Of a stretch of DNA of 64,000 nucleotides, positions 51,910 through 60,257 are shown in pieces. Made by a program: the position numbers and the translations under genes. A model generated the notes under the pieces. That model was not told the DNA's origin. It did no database searches and saw nothing but the letters and a program-made list of their open reading frames with translations. Within the stretch, counting starts at the first letter, position 1, and every line of letters begins with the position of its first letter. This stretch comes from Chitinophaga pinensis (GTDB lineage Bacteria; Bacteroidota; Bacteroidia; NS11-12g; UBA9320): positions 18,307 through 82,306 of the forward strand of contig CAMDGU010000002.1 in assembly GCA_945897885.1 (NCBI GenBank). The letters are read 5' to 3'.

Positions 51910-52297
51910 GTATGCCTTTAAATAATTGGTTTATTTTTTCTTTTTTTAAAATTTTTTGACCTGTTCGTCCTTTGGCTATTAGTCGGTCGTTTACTAAAGC
52001 TTTAAATTGACAAATTATCGTATTTCCTTTCTGCTCTTCAAATATACTTGTATAATTTACCATTTCGCCAACAAAGGCAGGACTTTTATGCTCTACTTCT
52101 AAAAATGTTCCAATCCCCTCTTCATCGTCTTCTTTTAAATCAATAACAAAAAGACGGCAAACCCATTCGGCATTCCGCCCCAAAACAAAGGTGGACAATA
52201 CCGCATGAACATTGCCCGAATCAAAAGTTGCCATATCTTCAGGGCCAACTAATTGGTCAAATGTTTTTGTATCACCTCTTTTATAAAGGTTTCTCAT
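51896..52297 (-). CDS. Hotdog-fold thioesterase family protein
   Basis: 133 aa. Pattern HAVLSTFVLGRNAEWVCRLF...GEMVNYTSIFEEQKGNTIICQFKALVNDRLIAKG fits 4HBT/FlK-like thioesterases. Confidence 0.55.
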   Translation of the reverse strand: MRNLYKRGDTKTFDQLVGPEDMATFDSGNVHAVLSTFVLGRNAEWVCRLFVIDLKEDDEEGIGTFLEVEHKSPAFVGEMVNYTSIFEEQKGNTIICQFKALVNDRLIAKGRTGQKILKKEKINQLFKGIRGEG

Positions 52298-52308
52298 AAA
52301 ATATTCTT

Positions 52309-52316
52309 CAAAAATA
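52309..52316 (-). promoter_or_regulatory. Candidate -7 promoter element (TATTTTTG on the minus strand) 11 nt upstream of the thioesterase ATG
   Basis: Plus-strand CAAAAATA at 52309-52316. Implies a very short leader. Confidence 0.3.
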
Positions 52317-52324
52317 AGCTATTT

Positions 52325-52359
52325 AAAAAAAACAGGCCCGGATTCCCATCCAAGCCTGT
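52325..52359 (-). terminator. Rho-independent terminator for minus-strand transcripts (ACAGGC...GCCTGT stem followed by U8)
   Basis: Plus strand reads AAAAAAAACAGGCCCGGATTCCCATCCAAGCCTGT, so the minus strand has a 6-bp stem with a 16-nt loop, then TTTTTTTT. Confidence 0.45.
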
Positions 52360-52380
52360 ATATTCTACTAACTATAAAAT

Positions 52381-52415
52381 ATTATAAACCACAGTTTACA
52401 CTGTGGATTATAAAC
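52381..52415. promoter_or_regulatory. Palindrome CCACAGT-ttac-ACTGTGG flanked by the direct repeat ATTATAAAC on each side
   Basis: Read directly. Lies 84-118 nt upstream of the thioesterase-smpB start. Confidence 0.35.
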
Positions 52416-52620
52416 GAAAGAAATTGTTTAAATAAAACCCAATGATTTTAAAATTTAAGTCAATTTATTTTTTGATTTATCAAATTTACTTAAAATTTTT
52501 AAAAGAAAAAATTAAAATATTTTTGGATTAAATTTTTGACGTTTAAGTTACAAAACTAAAATCAACCAAGATTTAAAAAACTAGAATGTTCTGAAATAAC
52601 CTATTTTGTTATTTTCTTAT

Positions 52621-52895
52621 TTAGTAGATATTTACTTTGGAAAGCAACTCCTCCCTTTTTTGATTGGTGATAGGGATTTTATTGCCATTTATGATCATGA
52701 ATTCTGAATTGATAGCATTCATATAATCCAGATTAACAACATAACTTCAGTGAGGTCGGAAGAAAACATCTTTACTGAAATTTTCAATAAAATCATTTAG
52801 TGATGCTCTTACATTAATTTTTTTGGAGGTTGTATTTACTTTTACCTATACGTCATCGCTTTCCAAATAAAAGATATCACTCGTTTTTACTTTAT
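52621..52895 (-). pseudogene. LytTR DNA-binding domain remnant of a LytTR-family response regulator: frameshift relative to the receiver domain plus two in-frame stops (TAG at 52846-52848, TGA at 52747-52749)
   Basis: Minus-strand translation KIKDGYYFHKVKTSDIFYLESDDV*VKVNTTSKKINVRASLNDFIENFSKDVFFRPH*SYVVNLDYMNAINSEFMIINGNKIPITNQKREELLSKVNIY matches the LytTR consensus throughout, including FFR-HRSY-VNL with the TGA at the Arg position. Confidence 0.7.
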
Positions 52896-53335
52896 GAAAA
52901 TAATACCCGTCTTTGATCTTTATTAACGTAACTGTCCATTATATCCATTGGCTTGGTAGCCTTTGAAAAATTGTCTAAACAAATTTCGATGGAGCTATAT
53001 AAATCAGATCTATTAAACGGTTTTACTAAATAGGTTGGTGGAAATACTTTTTTTGCTCTTTCGATGGTATTTTTATCAGAACTTGATGTCAGAAAAATAA
53101 AGGGAATTTTAAAATTTATATTAATTGCCTGAGCTACATCAATACCATCCTTTTCACCATCCAATTGTATATCAAGAATTACTAAATCAGGTTTCTCAGT
53201 TTCTATCATTATCAAAGCTTCTTCATAATTAGTTGCAGGAACGGTGGTTTCATAACCAAGTTCATTCAGAATGATGTGAATATTTCGTGATAATATTTCA
53301 TCATCTTCAACGATCCCAATTTTTACTTTATCCAT
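52892..53335 (-). CDS. Response-regulator receiver (REC) domain ORF; the intact N-terminal half of the decayed LytTR-family regulator
   Basis: MDKVKIGIVEDDEILSRN...LVILDIQLDGEKDGIDVA...LTSSSD...LVKPF carries the phospho-acceptor Asp and other REC motifs. Ends 3 codons into the shifted LytTR frame. Confidence 0.8.
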   Translation of the reverse strand: MDKVKIGIVEDDEILSRNIHIILNELGYETTVPATNYEEALIMIETEKPDLVILDIQLDGEKDGIDVAQAININFKIPFIFLTSSSDKNTIERAKKVFPPTYLVKPFNRSDLYSSIEICLDNFSKATKPMDIMDSYVNKDQRRVLFS

Positions 53336-53565
53336 TGAATTAATAATAGTTAGTTTATCAATATTTACCAGTTAAGTTTATGCAAAGCATATGGCATTTA
53401 TAGTAAGTTTGGTAAATATGAGTGTTTAATTGAAAATTGAAACTAATTCTAATTACATGATATTGTTTTTACAATAGTATGATAAAATAAACAACAGTTA
53501 CCCTACTATAAAAATAGTTAACCAAAACACATTATAATTTATTGAAATCTATTAATTGAGTTATG

Positions 53566-53573
53566 TATTTTTG
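53566..53573 (+). promoter_or_regulatory. Candidate -7 promoter element TAttTTTG immediately upstream of dnaN (6 nt before the ATG)
   Basis: TATTTTTG at 53566-53573; ATG at 53580. Confidence 0.3.
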
Positions 53574-53579
53574 CCCATT

Positions 53580-54698
53580 ATGAAATTTATTGCCAATACA
53601 ACGTCATTAGTTGAGCACTTACAAAAAATAAGTGGAACACTTGTTAGTAAACCAACGCTTCCTATTATTGAAAATTTTCTTTTTACAATTGTTAAAAATA
53701 ATTTGAGCATAACGAGTACTGATTTGGAAACCAGTATGACTACCAATATGAATATTGAGTCGGATGGTTCAATTTCAGTAGCTGTTCCTTCAAGGCTTAC
53801 AATTGAAACTTTAAAATCATTGCCTAACCAACCGGTAACGTTTACCATTGATGAAAAAACCTTTCAGGTTCAAATTCAATCAGAGTTTGGTAATTATAAA
53901 CTTGCGGGACAACCGGGAAAAGATTTTCCTAAGTTGCCTGAAACTGAATCAGAATCGTCGTTTACAATACCATCTGAAACGCTGCAAAACTGTATTGCAA
54001 AAACAATTTTTGCTACTGGTAACGACGAACTAAGATTAAACCTTACAGGTGTTTTTGTGGAGCTAGAGGAAAATAAAATAACATTTGTGGCAACAGATGC
54101 AAATCGCTTGGTAAAAGTGGAACGAACCGATGTAAAACCTGGTGTTAAACATAGTTTTATTTTACCTAAAAAGGCCCTTAACCTATTAAAATCAAGTTTA
54201 ATGGGAGCTTCCATTCCAGTTCAATTGGATTATAACCGTTCTAATGCATTTTTCTCATTTGGAGATACCAAATTGGTATGCCGGTTTATTGATGAAAAAT
54301 ATCCTGATTACAATGCGGTAATCCCTCAAGAAAATCCCAATGTATTAATCATTAACCGTGAAGATTTACACAATTCAGTCAAACGTATTTCTATATACTC
54401 CAATAAATCAACTCATCAAATACGTTTAAAACTTGCCGGAAGTGAAATGAGTATTTCGGCAGAAGATTTTGATTTAAGCAATGAAGCGATTGAAAAAATT
54501 GCTTGTGATTATTCAGGTGAAGACATTGAAATAGGCTTTAATTCAAAACTTTTACTTGAATTACTTGGCAGTCTTGATATTGACGTGGTAAAGTTTGAAA
54601 TGAGCACACCAAACAGAGCCGGCATTATTTTGCCTAATGAAAAAGAAAAAGAAGAGGCTATGCTGATGCTTATTATGCCTATGATGTTGAATAATTAA
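53580..54698 (+). CDS. dnaN: DNA polymerase III beta subunit (sliding clamp)
   Basis: MKFIANTTSLVEHLQKISGTLVSKPTLPIIENFLF... and the three-domain clamp layout. About 372 aa from ATG 53580. Confidence 0.9.
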   Translation: MKFIANTTSLVEHLQKISGTLVSKPTLPIIENFLFTIVKNNLSITSTDLETSMTTNMNIESDGSISVAVPSRLTIETLKSLPNQPVTFTIDEKTFQVQIQSEFGNYKLAGQPGKDFPKLPETESESSFTIPSETLQNCIAKTIFATGNDELRLNLTGVFVELEENKITFVATDANRLVKVERTDVKPGVKHSFILPKKALNLLKSSLMGASIPVQLDYNRSNAFFSFGDTKLVCRFIDEKYPDYNAVIPQENPNVLIINREDLHNSVKRISIYSNKSTHQIRLKLAGSEMSISAEDFDLSNEAIEKIACDYSGEDIEIGFNSKLLLELLGSLDIDVVKFEMSTPNRAGIILPNEKEKEEAMLMLIMPMMLNN

Positions 54699-54776
54699 GA
54701 AAACAAATACGTTGTGGTATTCTAAATTTATCCAACCAAATCTAAAAAAATAAGTAAGTTTGCAGCATTACAGCAC

Positions 54777-55793
54777 ATGCTTACAGCCGAAAAAGTAGCA
54801 CATGAACTCGATGGTGAATTGCTTGGTGATTCATCCCATATTATTAGTACCGTTTGCAAGATTGATGCAGGTTCAGCAGATGCCATAAGTTTTTTGGCAA
54901 ATCCTAAATATGAAAGCTTTTTAGAAACTACCGAAGCCGGAGTGGTTCTGGTAAAGCCTGATCAGGCATTGCCATCAAGAAATAATATTACATTTATAAA
55001 GGTAAAAGACCCCTACACTGCTTTCTGCATCATTTTAGGAAAATATTTTAACCCAGTAACCCATCCAAAAGGTATAAGTGAAAAATGCCATGTTGGAGGA
55101 AAAATAGACATTATTGAAGGATTGTACATTGGTGAATTTGCCGTTATAGGAAAAAATGTAACCTTGGCCAAAAATGTAAAAGTATATCCGCAAGTGTATA
55201 TTGGAGATAATTGTACTATTGGAGAAAATACTGTTATATATGCCGGAGCTAAAATTTATAATGATATAAAAATTGGAGCCAATTGTATCATACATAGTGG
55301 CACTGTTATTGGTTCGGATGGTTTTGGATTTGCCTTACAAAAAGATGGTTCATACATTAAAATACCTCAAATTGGTAATGTAATAGTGGAAGACGATGTG
55401 GAAATTGGTGCCAATTGCACTATTGACCGTGCCACCATGGGAAGTACCATTATTAGACAAGGAGTAAAATTGGACAATTTGATTCAGGTAGCTCATAATG
55501 TAGAAATAGGAAAAAATACTGTTATTGCAGCTCATACTGGTATTTCTGGCTCGGTAAAACTTGGTGAGAATTGTGTAATTGGAGGGCAAGTAGGCTTTGT
55601 AGGTCACATTACAGTAGCCAATGGCACCCAAATTGGAGCACAAAGTGGAATAACTAAAACTATAACTGAAGAAAATAGACAGTGGATTGGAAGTCCAATA
55701 CTGCCTTTAAAAGATGCGTTTAAGGCCATTGCTGTTTACCGCAATTTGCCTGAATTAGATTTGAGAGTCAGTAAATTAGAAAAAACTAAGTGA
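54777..55793 (+). CDS. lpxD: UDP-3-O-(3-hydroxyacyl)glucosamine N-acyltransferase
   Basis: N-terminal LpxD domain plus long left-handed beta-helix hexapeptide repeats. 338 aa. Confidence 0.85.
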   Translation: MLTAEKVAHELDGELLGDSSHIISTVCKIDAGSADAISFLANPKYESFLETTEAGVVLVKPDQALPSRNNITFIKVKDPYTAFCIILGKYFNPVTHPKGISEKCHVGGKIDIIEGLYIGEFAVIGKNVTLAKNVKVYPQVYIGDNCTIGENTVIYAGAKIYNDIKIGANCIIHSGTVIGSDGFGFALQKDGSYIKIPQIGNVIVEDDVEIGANCTIDRATMGSTIIRQGVKLDNLIQVAHNVEIGKNTVIAAHTGISGSVKLGENCVIGGQVGFVGHITVANGTQIGAQSGITKTITEENRQWIGSPILPLKDAFKAIAVYRNLPELDLRVSKLEKTK

Positions 55794-55804
55794 AATAAGT
55801 AGGA

Positions 55805-57232
55805 ATGGAAAAATTTCAAACCACCATTAAAAAATCCTTCACCATGTCGGGTGTGGGCTTACATACAGGACAAAAAGTGAATTTAACTTTTAATCCGGCA
55901 GCTGAAAATCATGGCTATGTATTTCAACGCATTGATTTGCCAAATCTACCAACTATAAAAGCGGATTGTGATTTGGTAGTAGATACCTCACGAGGAACTA
56001 CCCTTGAGCAGAATGGTGCCAGAGTTTCTACTGTGGAACATGTTTTGGCAGCATTGGCTGGTTTAGAAATTGACAATGTATTATTGCAAATTGATGGTGC
56101 TGAAATGCCCATAATGGACGGAAGTTCCATTGAATTTGTAAAACAACTCATGTCTATAGGCATTGAGGTTCAGAAAGTAGAACGTGAATATTTTGAAATT
56201 ACAGAAAATATTAGCTACCGCGATAGCGATAATCAAGTAGAAATGGTGGCCATGCCGCTTAATGATTATCGACTAACGGTGATGGTGGATTATAATTCAC
56301 CGGTTTTAGGAAGCCAACATGCTTCTATAACCACATTGTCAGAATTTAGCGAACAAATAGCAAGTTGCCGAACTTTTTGCTTTTTGCATGAGTTGGAAAT
56401 GCTTATAAAAAATGACCTTATTAAAGGAGGGGATTTAAATAATGCCATTGTAATTGTAGACCGAGTAGTAGAGGATAGTGAACTGGAAAATCTTGCAAAA
56501 CTGTTTAACAAACCAAAAGTTGAGGTTAAGAAAGAAGGTATTTTAAACAATGTGGAACTGCGTTTTCAAAACGAACCGGCTCGACATAAATTGCTTGATA
56601 TGGTTGGTGATTTAGCTTTAATTGGAACTCCAATAAAGGCTCAAATAATGGCTGCCCGTCCGGGGCATGCAGCCAATGTTGAATTTGCTAAAAAAATAAA
56701 ACGCCAGATTGAGAAGGTAAAAAAGGAGAACAAATTTAAAATAGATGTGCCAGTTTATGACCCATCCAAACCCCCTATTTTTACGCATAGCGAAGTAGAG
56801 AAATTATTGCCACATAAATGGCCTTTTTTATTAGTGGATAAAGTTATTAAACTAACGGATAATGAAGTGGTAGCCATTAAAAATGTAAGTGCGGATCAAT
56901 ATTTTTTCCCTGGTCATTTTCCAGGAGAAGCTTTATTTCCAGCAGTTTTGCAAATAGAGGCGTTGGCGCAAGCAGGTGGCGTACTAATATTAAGCCGTGA
57001 ACCCGACCCTGAAAATTTTAGTACTTATTTTGTAAAAATAGATTCTGCAAAATTTAAAGGAAAAGTAGTGCCGGGAGATACCCTTATTTTAAAAATGGAA
57101 CTTATTGCCCCTATTAGAAGAGGAATGTGCCTAATGAGGGGAACTGCCTTTGTAGGTAACAAAATAGTTTGCGAAGCCGAAATGATGGCACAAGTAATTA
57201 GAAACAAATCAGAAAATACAGAGGGTAATTAA
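55805..57232 (+). CDS. lpxC/fabZ: Bifunctional UDP-3-O-acyl-GlcNAc deacetylase / 3-hydroxyacyl-ACP dehydratase (LpxC-FabZ fusion, typical of Bacteroidota)
   Basis: N-terminal LpxC (TIKKSFTMSGVGLHTGQKV...). C-terminal FabZ (LLPHKWPFLLVDKV...FFPGHFPGEALFPAVLQIEALAQ). 475 aa. Confidence 0.9.
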   Translation: MEKFQTTIKKSFTMSGVGLHTGQKVNLTFNPAAENHGYVFQRIDLPNLPTIKADCDLVVDTSRGTTLEQNGARVSTVEHVLAALAGLEIDNVLLQIDGAEMPIMDGSSIEFVKQLMSIGIEVQKVEREYFEITENISYRDSDNQVEMVAMPLNDYRLTVMVDYNSPVLGSQHASITTLSEFSEQIASCRTFCFLHELEMLIKNDLIKGGDLNNAIVIVDRVVEDSELENLAKLFNKPKVEVKKEGILNNVELRFQNEPARHKLLDMVGDLALIGTPIKAQIMAARPGHAANVEFAKKIKRQIEKVKKENKFKIDVPVYDPSKPPIFTHSEVEKLLPHKWPFLLVDKVIKLTDNEVVAIKNVSADQYFFPGHFPGEALFPAVLQIEALAQAGGVLILSREPDPENFSTYFVKIDSAKFKGKVVPGDTLILKMELIAPIRRGMCLMRGTAFVGNKIVCEAEMMAQVIRNKSENTEGN

Positions 57233-57245
57233 AAACAAACTAAAC

Positions 57246-58028
57246 ATGATTCAACCATTAGCCTACGTAAGCCCCGAAGCAAAACTTGCTCAAAATGTAA
57301 TGATTGACCCCTTTGTTACCATTCACAAAAATGTGGAGATAGGCGAAGGTTCCTGGATAGCATCTAATGTTACCATTATGGAAGGTGCACGGATTGGAAA
57401 AAATGTAAAAATATTTCCGGGTGCTGTAATCAGCGCCATTCCTCAAGATTTAAAATTTGATGGTGAACCAAGTCTAACCATTATTGGTGATAATACCGTA
57501 ATCAGAGAATCTGTTACGATTAATCGTGGTACAAGTGCCAGTGGAAAAACCATTATAGGCAGCAATTGCCTCTTGATGGCTTATGTCCATGTGGCGCATG
57601 ATTGTGTGGTTGGCGAAAATTCCATTTTGGCCAATGCGGTTCAGTTAGCAGGCCATGTTGAAATTGGCGAATCTGCTATCCTTGGTGGATTATCAGCTGT
57701 TCATCAGTTTGTAAAGATTGGTAGTCATGTAATGATATCCGGAGGCTCTTTGGTAAGAAAAGATGTTCCTCCCTATTCAAAAGCTGCACGTGAACCACTT
57801 TCGTATGAAGGTGTAAATTCAATTGGGCTAAGAAGAAGGGGTTTTACCTCTGAAAAAATAGCTGAGATACAGGAAATATACAGAATCCTTTACCTGCGAG
57901 GGTTTAATAATGCCACTGCCATTAAAAAAATTGAAACTGAAATGCCTGCCACTAAAGAACGTGATGAGATATTAACTTTCATTAAAGAATCTGACAGAGG
58001 GATAATGAAAGGCTTTTCGTCTAAATAA
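57246..58028 (+). CDS. lpxA: Acyl-ACP--UDP-N-acetylglucosamine O-acyltransferase
   Basis: Hexapeptide-repeat beta-helix plus the LpxA C-terminal helical domain. 260 aa. Confidence 0.85.
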   Translation: MIQPLAYVSPEAKLAQNVMIDPFVTIHKNVEIGEGSWIASNVTIMEGARIGKNVKIFPGAVISAIPQDLKFDGEPSLTIIGDNTVIRESVTINRGTSASGKTIIGSNCLLMAYVHVAHDCVVGENSILANAVQLAGHVEIGESAILGGLSAVHQFVKIGSHVMISGGSLVRKDVPPYSKAAREPLSYEGVNSIGLRRRGFTSEKIAEIQEIYRILYLRGFNNATAIKKIETEMPATKERDEILTFIKESDRGIMKGFSSK

Positions 58029-58032
58029 AATT

Positions 58033-58680
58033 TTGGCTTTATCTCTTCATATAGAAAATCTTGACAAAAAGTTTGGCAATCATTGGGTTCTTAAATCCGC
58101 TAATTTAGCAGTTCAACCTTTTGAAAAAATTGCTATTCTTGGAGCCAATGGTTCAGGCAAAAGCACCTTGCTTAAAATACTGACAGGTTTTACTTATTTT
58201 GATAAAGGAACCTTGAAATGGAAAGATGGAGACTCTGAATTTGATGCACCCAACTTTTCATTTTCTTCGCCCTATCTTGATTTATTTGACCATTTAACTA
58301 TCGTGGAGCATTTGGCGTTTCATTTTGCTCAAAAACCCGTGTACCAAGCTATTTCAATAGATGAGATTATCAAATTGGGAAATTTTGAAGCGTTTAAACA
58401 TAAACAGATAAAACAATTGTCGTCGGGCGTTAGACAACGGTTTAAAAATACTCTGGCCATTTTTTCAAACTCCGATGTTGTTTTTTTGGATGAACCTTGC
58501 TCAAACTTGGATGAAGAAAATATTAAACTCTATCAAAACTTAGTTAATGACTATACCAAAGATAGAATGGTAATTGTAGCTTCCAACAATCCTTTGGAAT
58601 ATGATTTTATTTGCAGCAAAGAATATAAAATTGAAAACTTTGAACTTAAACTGTTAAGAAACAAACAACTTTGGGCATAA
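58033..58680 (+). CDS. Small ABC transporter ATP-binding protein (215 aa)
   Basis: Walker A GANGSGKST, signature LSSGVRQR, Walker B VVFLDEP. TTG start 5 nt after the lpxA stop. Confidence 0.75.
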   Translation: MALSLHIENLDKKFGNHWVLKSANLAVQPFEKIAILGANGSGKSTLLKILTGFTYFDKGTLKWKDGDSEFDAPNFSFSSPYLDLFDHLTIVEHLAFHFAQKPVYQAISIDEIIKLGNFEAFKHKQIKQLSSGVRQRFKNTLAIFSNSDVVFLDEPCSNLDEENIKLYQNLVNDYTKDRMVIVASNNPLEYDFICSKEYKIENFELKLLRNKQLWA

Positions 58681-60257
58681 AGAAATTACATATACTTATT
58701 CTGCGTTCCTTTATAGGTCCCTTTATTGCTACATTTTTTGTTTCGCTTTTTCTTTTTCTGTTACAGTTTTTGTGGAAATACATTGGCGACCTAATTGGCA
58801 AAGGGCTTGAATGGTATGTAATTCTTGAATTTATAGGGTATTCAGCCATTCATTTAATTCCAATGGCCTTGCCTCTGGCGGTGTTACTTTCCTCCATTAT
58901 GACCTTTGGAAGCTTGGGTGAAAACTATGAATTGGTATCCATAAAATCGGCAGGAATTTCCTTAATCCGGATTTTCATACCTATGTACATAGCCATTTTG
59001 GCCATAGCAGGATTTGCCTTTTACGCTTCCAATATTTTAATACCAAAGGCCAATTTAAGTTGGGGTGCCCTGCTTTATGATGTTAGCAACAAACGTCCTG
59101 CTTTAAGTATTAAAGAAGGGGTGTTTTTTAAAGATATTGACGGCTATGCTATTAAAATTGGCAAAAAACTGGATGACAATAAAACCATTCAAAATATTCT
59201 TATTTATGTCAAAGGTTCAAGTCGTGGCAACAATAATATAATCCTTGCCAAAAGCGGAACCATGGAAATGACACCTGATGAGAAGTATTTGGTACTAACC
59301 CTGCGTGATGGCATTAAATATCAGGAGATGACCGATAATCCTACCTATTACAAATCATTTCAGCATAACGTCATGCAGTTTAAAACTCAGGATATTGCCA
59401 TTGACCTTTCAGATCTTCAGTTTAAAAGAACCCAAAAGGATTTGTTTAAGGAAGATTATAGAATGATGAATGTGAATGAGCTTGAAATAAAAATTGATTC
59501 ACTAAAACGATTGATTCTTGAACGGCAAAAACTAACCTACCAATTTTTATTACCTTACTTTCATTTTACAATTGATACTTCTAAAAAATATAATTTTGAT
59601 TCAGCGAAGCTAAAGAAGAAATTTTATACCACGTTAGGCAATTTTCGAGAGTTAAGTAACTCCATGAATGAAACATATCAGGCTAGTGAAGTAAAAACAT
59701 CAGGGGTAAGAATTCAGTTAAAAGATTCAACGATTGAAACCCCGGTTACTACCTCTGCTGCTCAAAAAATAGATCTTGCCGTACCAAGTAATAAAAAAGA
59801 TTACCGACCTGAAATACTGGAAAGTTCACGGCAGTTTGCCCGCAATATTTCAAGTGTTGTAGAAACAAACCATAAGGATATTTTAATGCAACATGAAAAT
59901 CAATTGAAATATGAAGTGGAGTGGCACAAAAAATATACATTAGCTATATCATGCATCTTGTTGTTTTTTATAGGTGCACCAATGGGAGCTATTATCCGAA
60001 AAGGTGGATTTGGCTGGCCAATGGTGGTTTCGGTCATTCTTTTTATCTTTTATTTCTCTATAAATTTAATTGGTGAAAAATTGGCACGTGGTGAAGTATT
60101 ACCTGCCTATATATCGGTTTGGTTAAGCACTTTAATATTGCTTCCTTTTGCCATAGTATTAACTTACAAGGCTAATGCAGATGCCAAGTTTTTTGAAAAA
60201 GGAATGAATTGGAACTGGCTAAAAAAATTACCATTTATTAATAAAAGTAAGTCCTGA
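58671..60257 (+). CDS. LptF/LptG-family (YjgP/YjgQ) permease
   Basis: N-terminal KKLHILILRSFIGPFIATFFVSLFLF... with a 3+3 TM layout and a large periplasmic loop between. TTG start overlapping the upstream ABC gene by 10 nt. Confidence 0.75.
   Translation: MGIKKLHILILRSFIGPFIATFFVSLFLFLLQFLWKYIGDLIGKGLEWYVILEFIGYSAIHLIPMALPLAVLLSSIMTFGSLGENYELVSIKSAGISLIRIFIPMYIAILAIAGFAFYASNILIPKANLSWGALLYDVSNKRPALSIKEGVFFKDIDGYAIKIGKKLDDNKTIQNILIYVKGSSRGNNNIILAKSGTMEMTPDEKYLVLTLRDGIKYQEMTDNPTYYKSFQHNVMQFKTQDIAIDLSDLQFKRTQKDLFKEDYRMMNVNELEIKIDSLKRLILERQKLTYQFLLPYFHFTIDTSKKYNFDSAKLKKKFYTTLGNFRELSNSMNETYQASEVKTSGVRIQLKDSTIETPVTTSAAQKIDLAVPSNKKDYRPEILESSRQFARNISSVVETNHKDILMQHENQLKYEVEWHKKYTLAISCILLFFIGAPMGAIIRKGGFGWPMVVSVILFIFYFSINLIGEKLARGEVLPAYISVWLSTLILLPFAIVLTYKANADAKFFEKGMNWNWLKKLPFINKSKS

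Noticed and set aside
51410-52620. Looked for tmRNA (ssrA) next to smpB
   Set aside because: No tRNA-like 3' domain (GGxxGGTTCGAxTCC...CCA) or ANDENYALAA-type tag reading frame was found in the flanking spacers. ssrA is presumably elsewhere.
52621-52895. Possibility that the in-frame TGA/TAG in the LytTR region reflect an alternative genetic code
   Set aside because: All other roughly 45 genes in the window terminate at and read through as expected under the standard code 11. There is a frameshift in addition to the two stops. Pseudogenisation explains all three lesions.
58033-58680. Calling the 215-aa ABC ATPase LptB or GldA by name
   Set aside because: Only the generic Walker A, signature and Walker B motifs are visible. 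The protein is shorter than typical LptB or GldA, and without an HMM or phylogeny the subfamily cannot be assigned.
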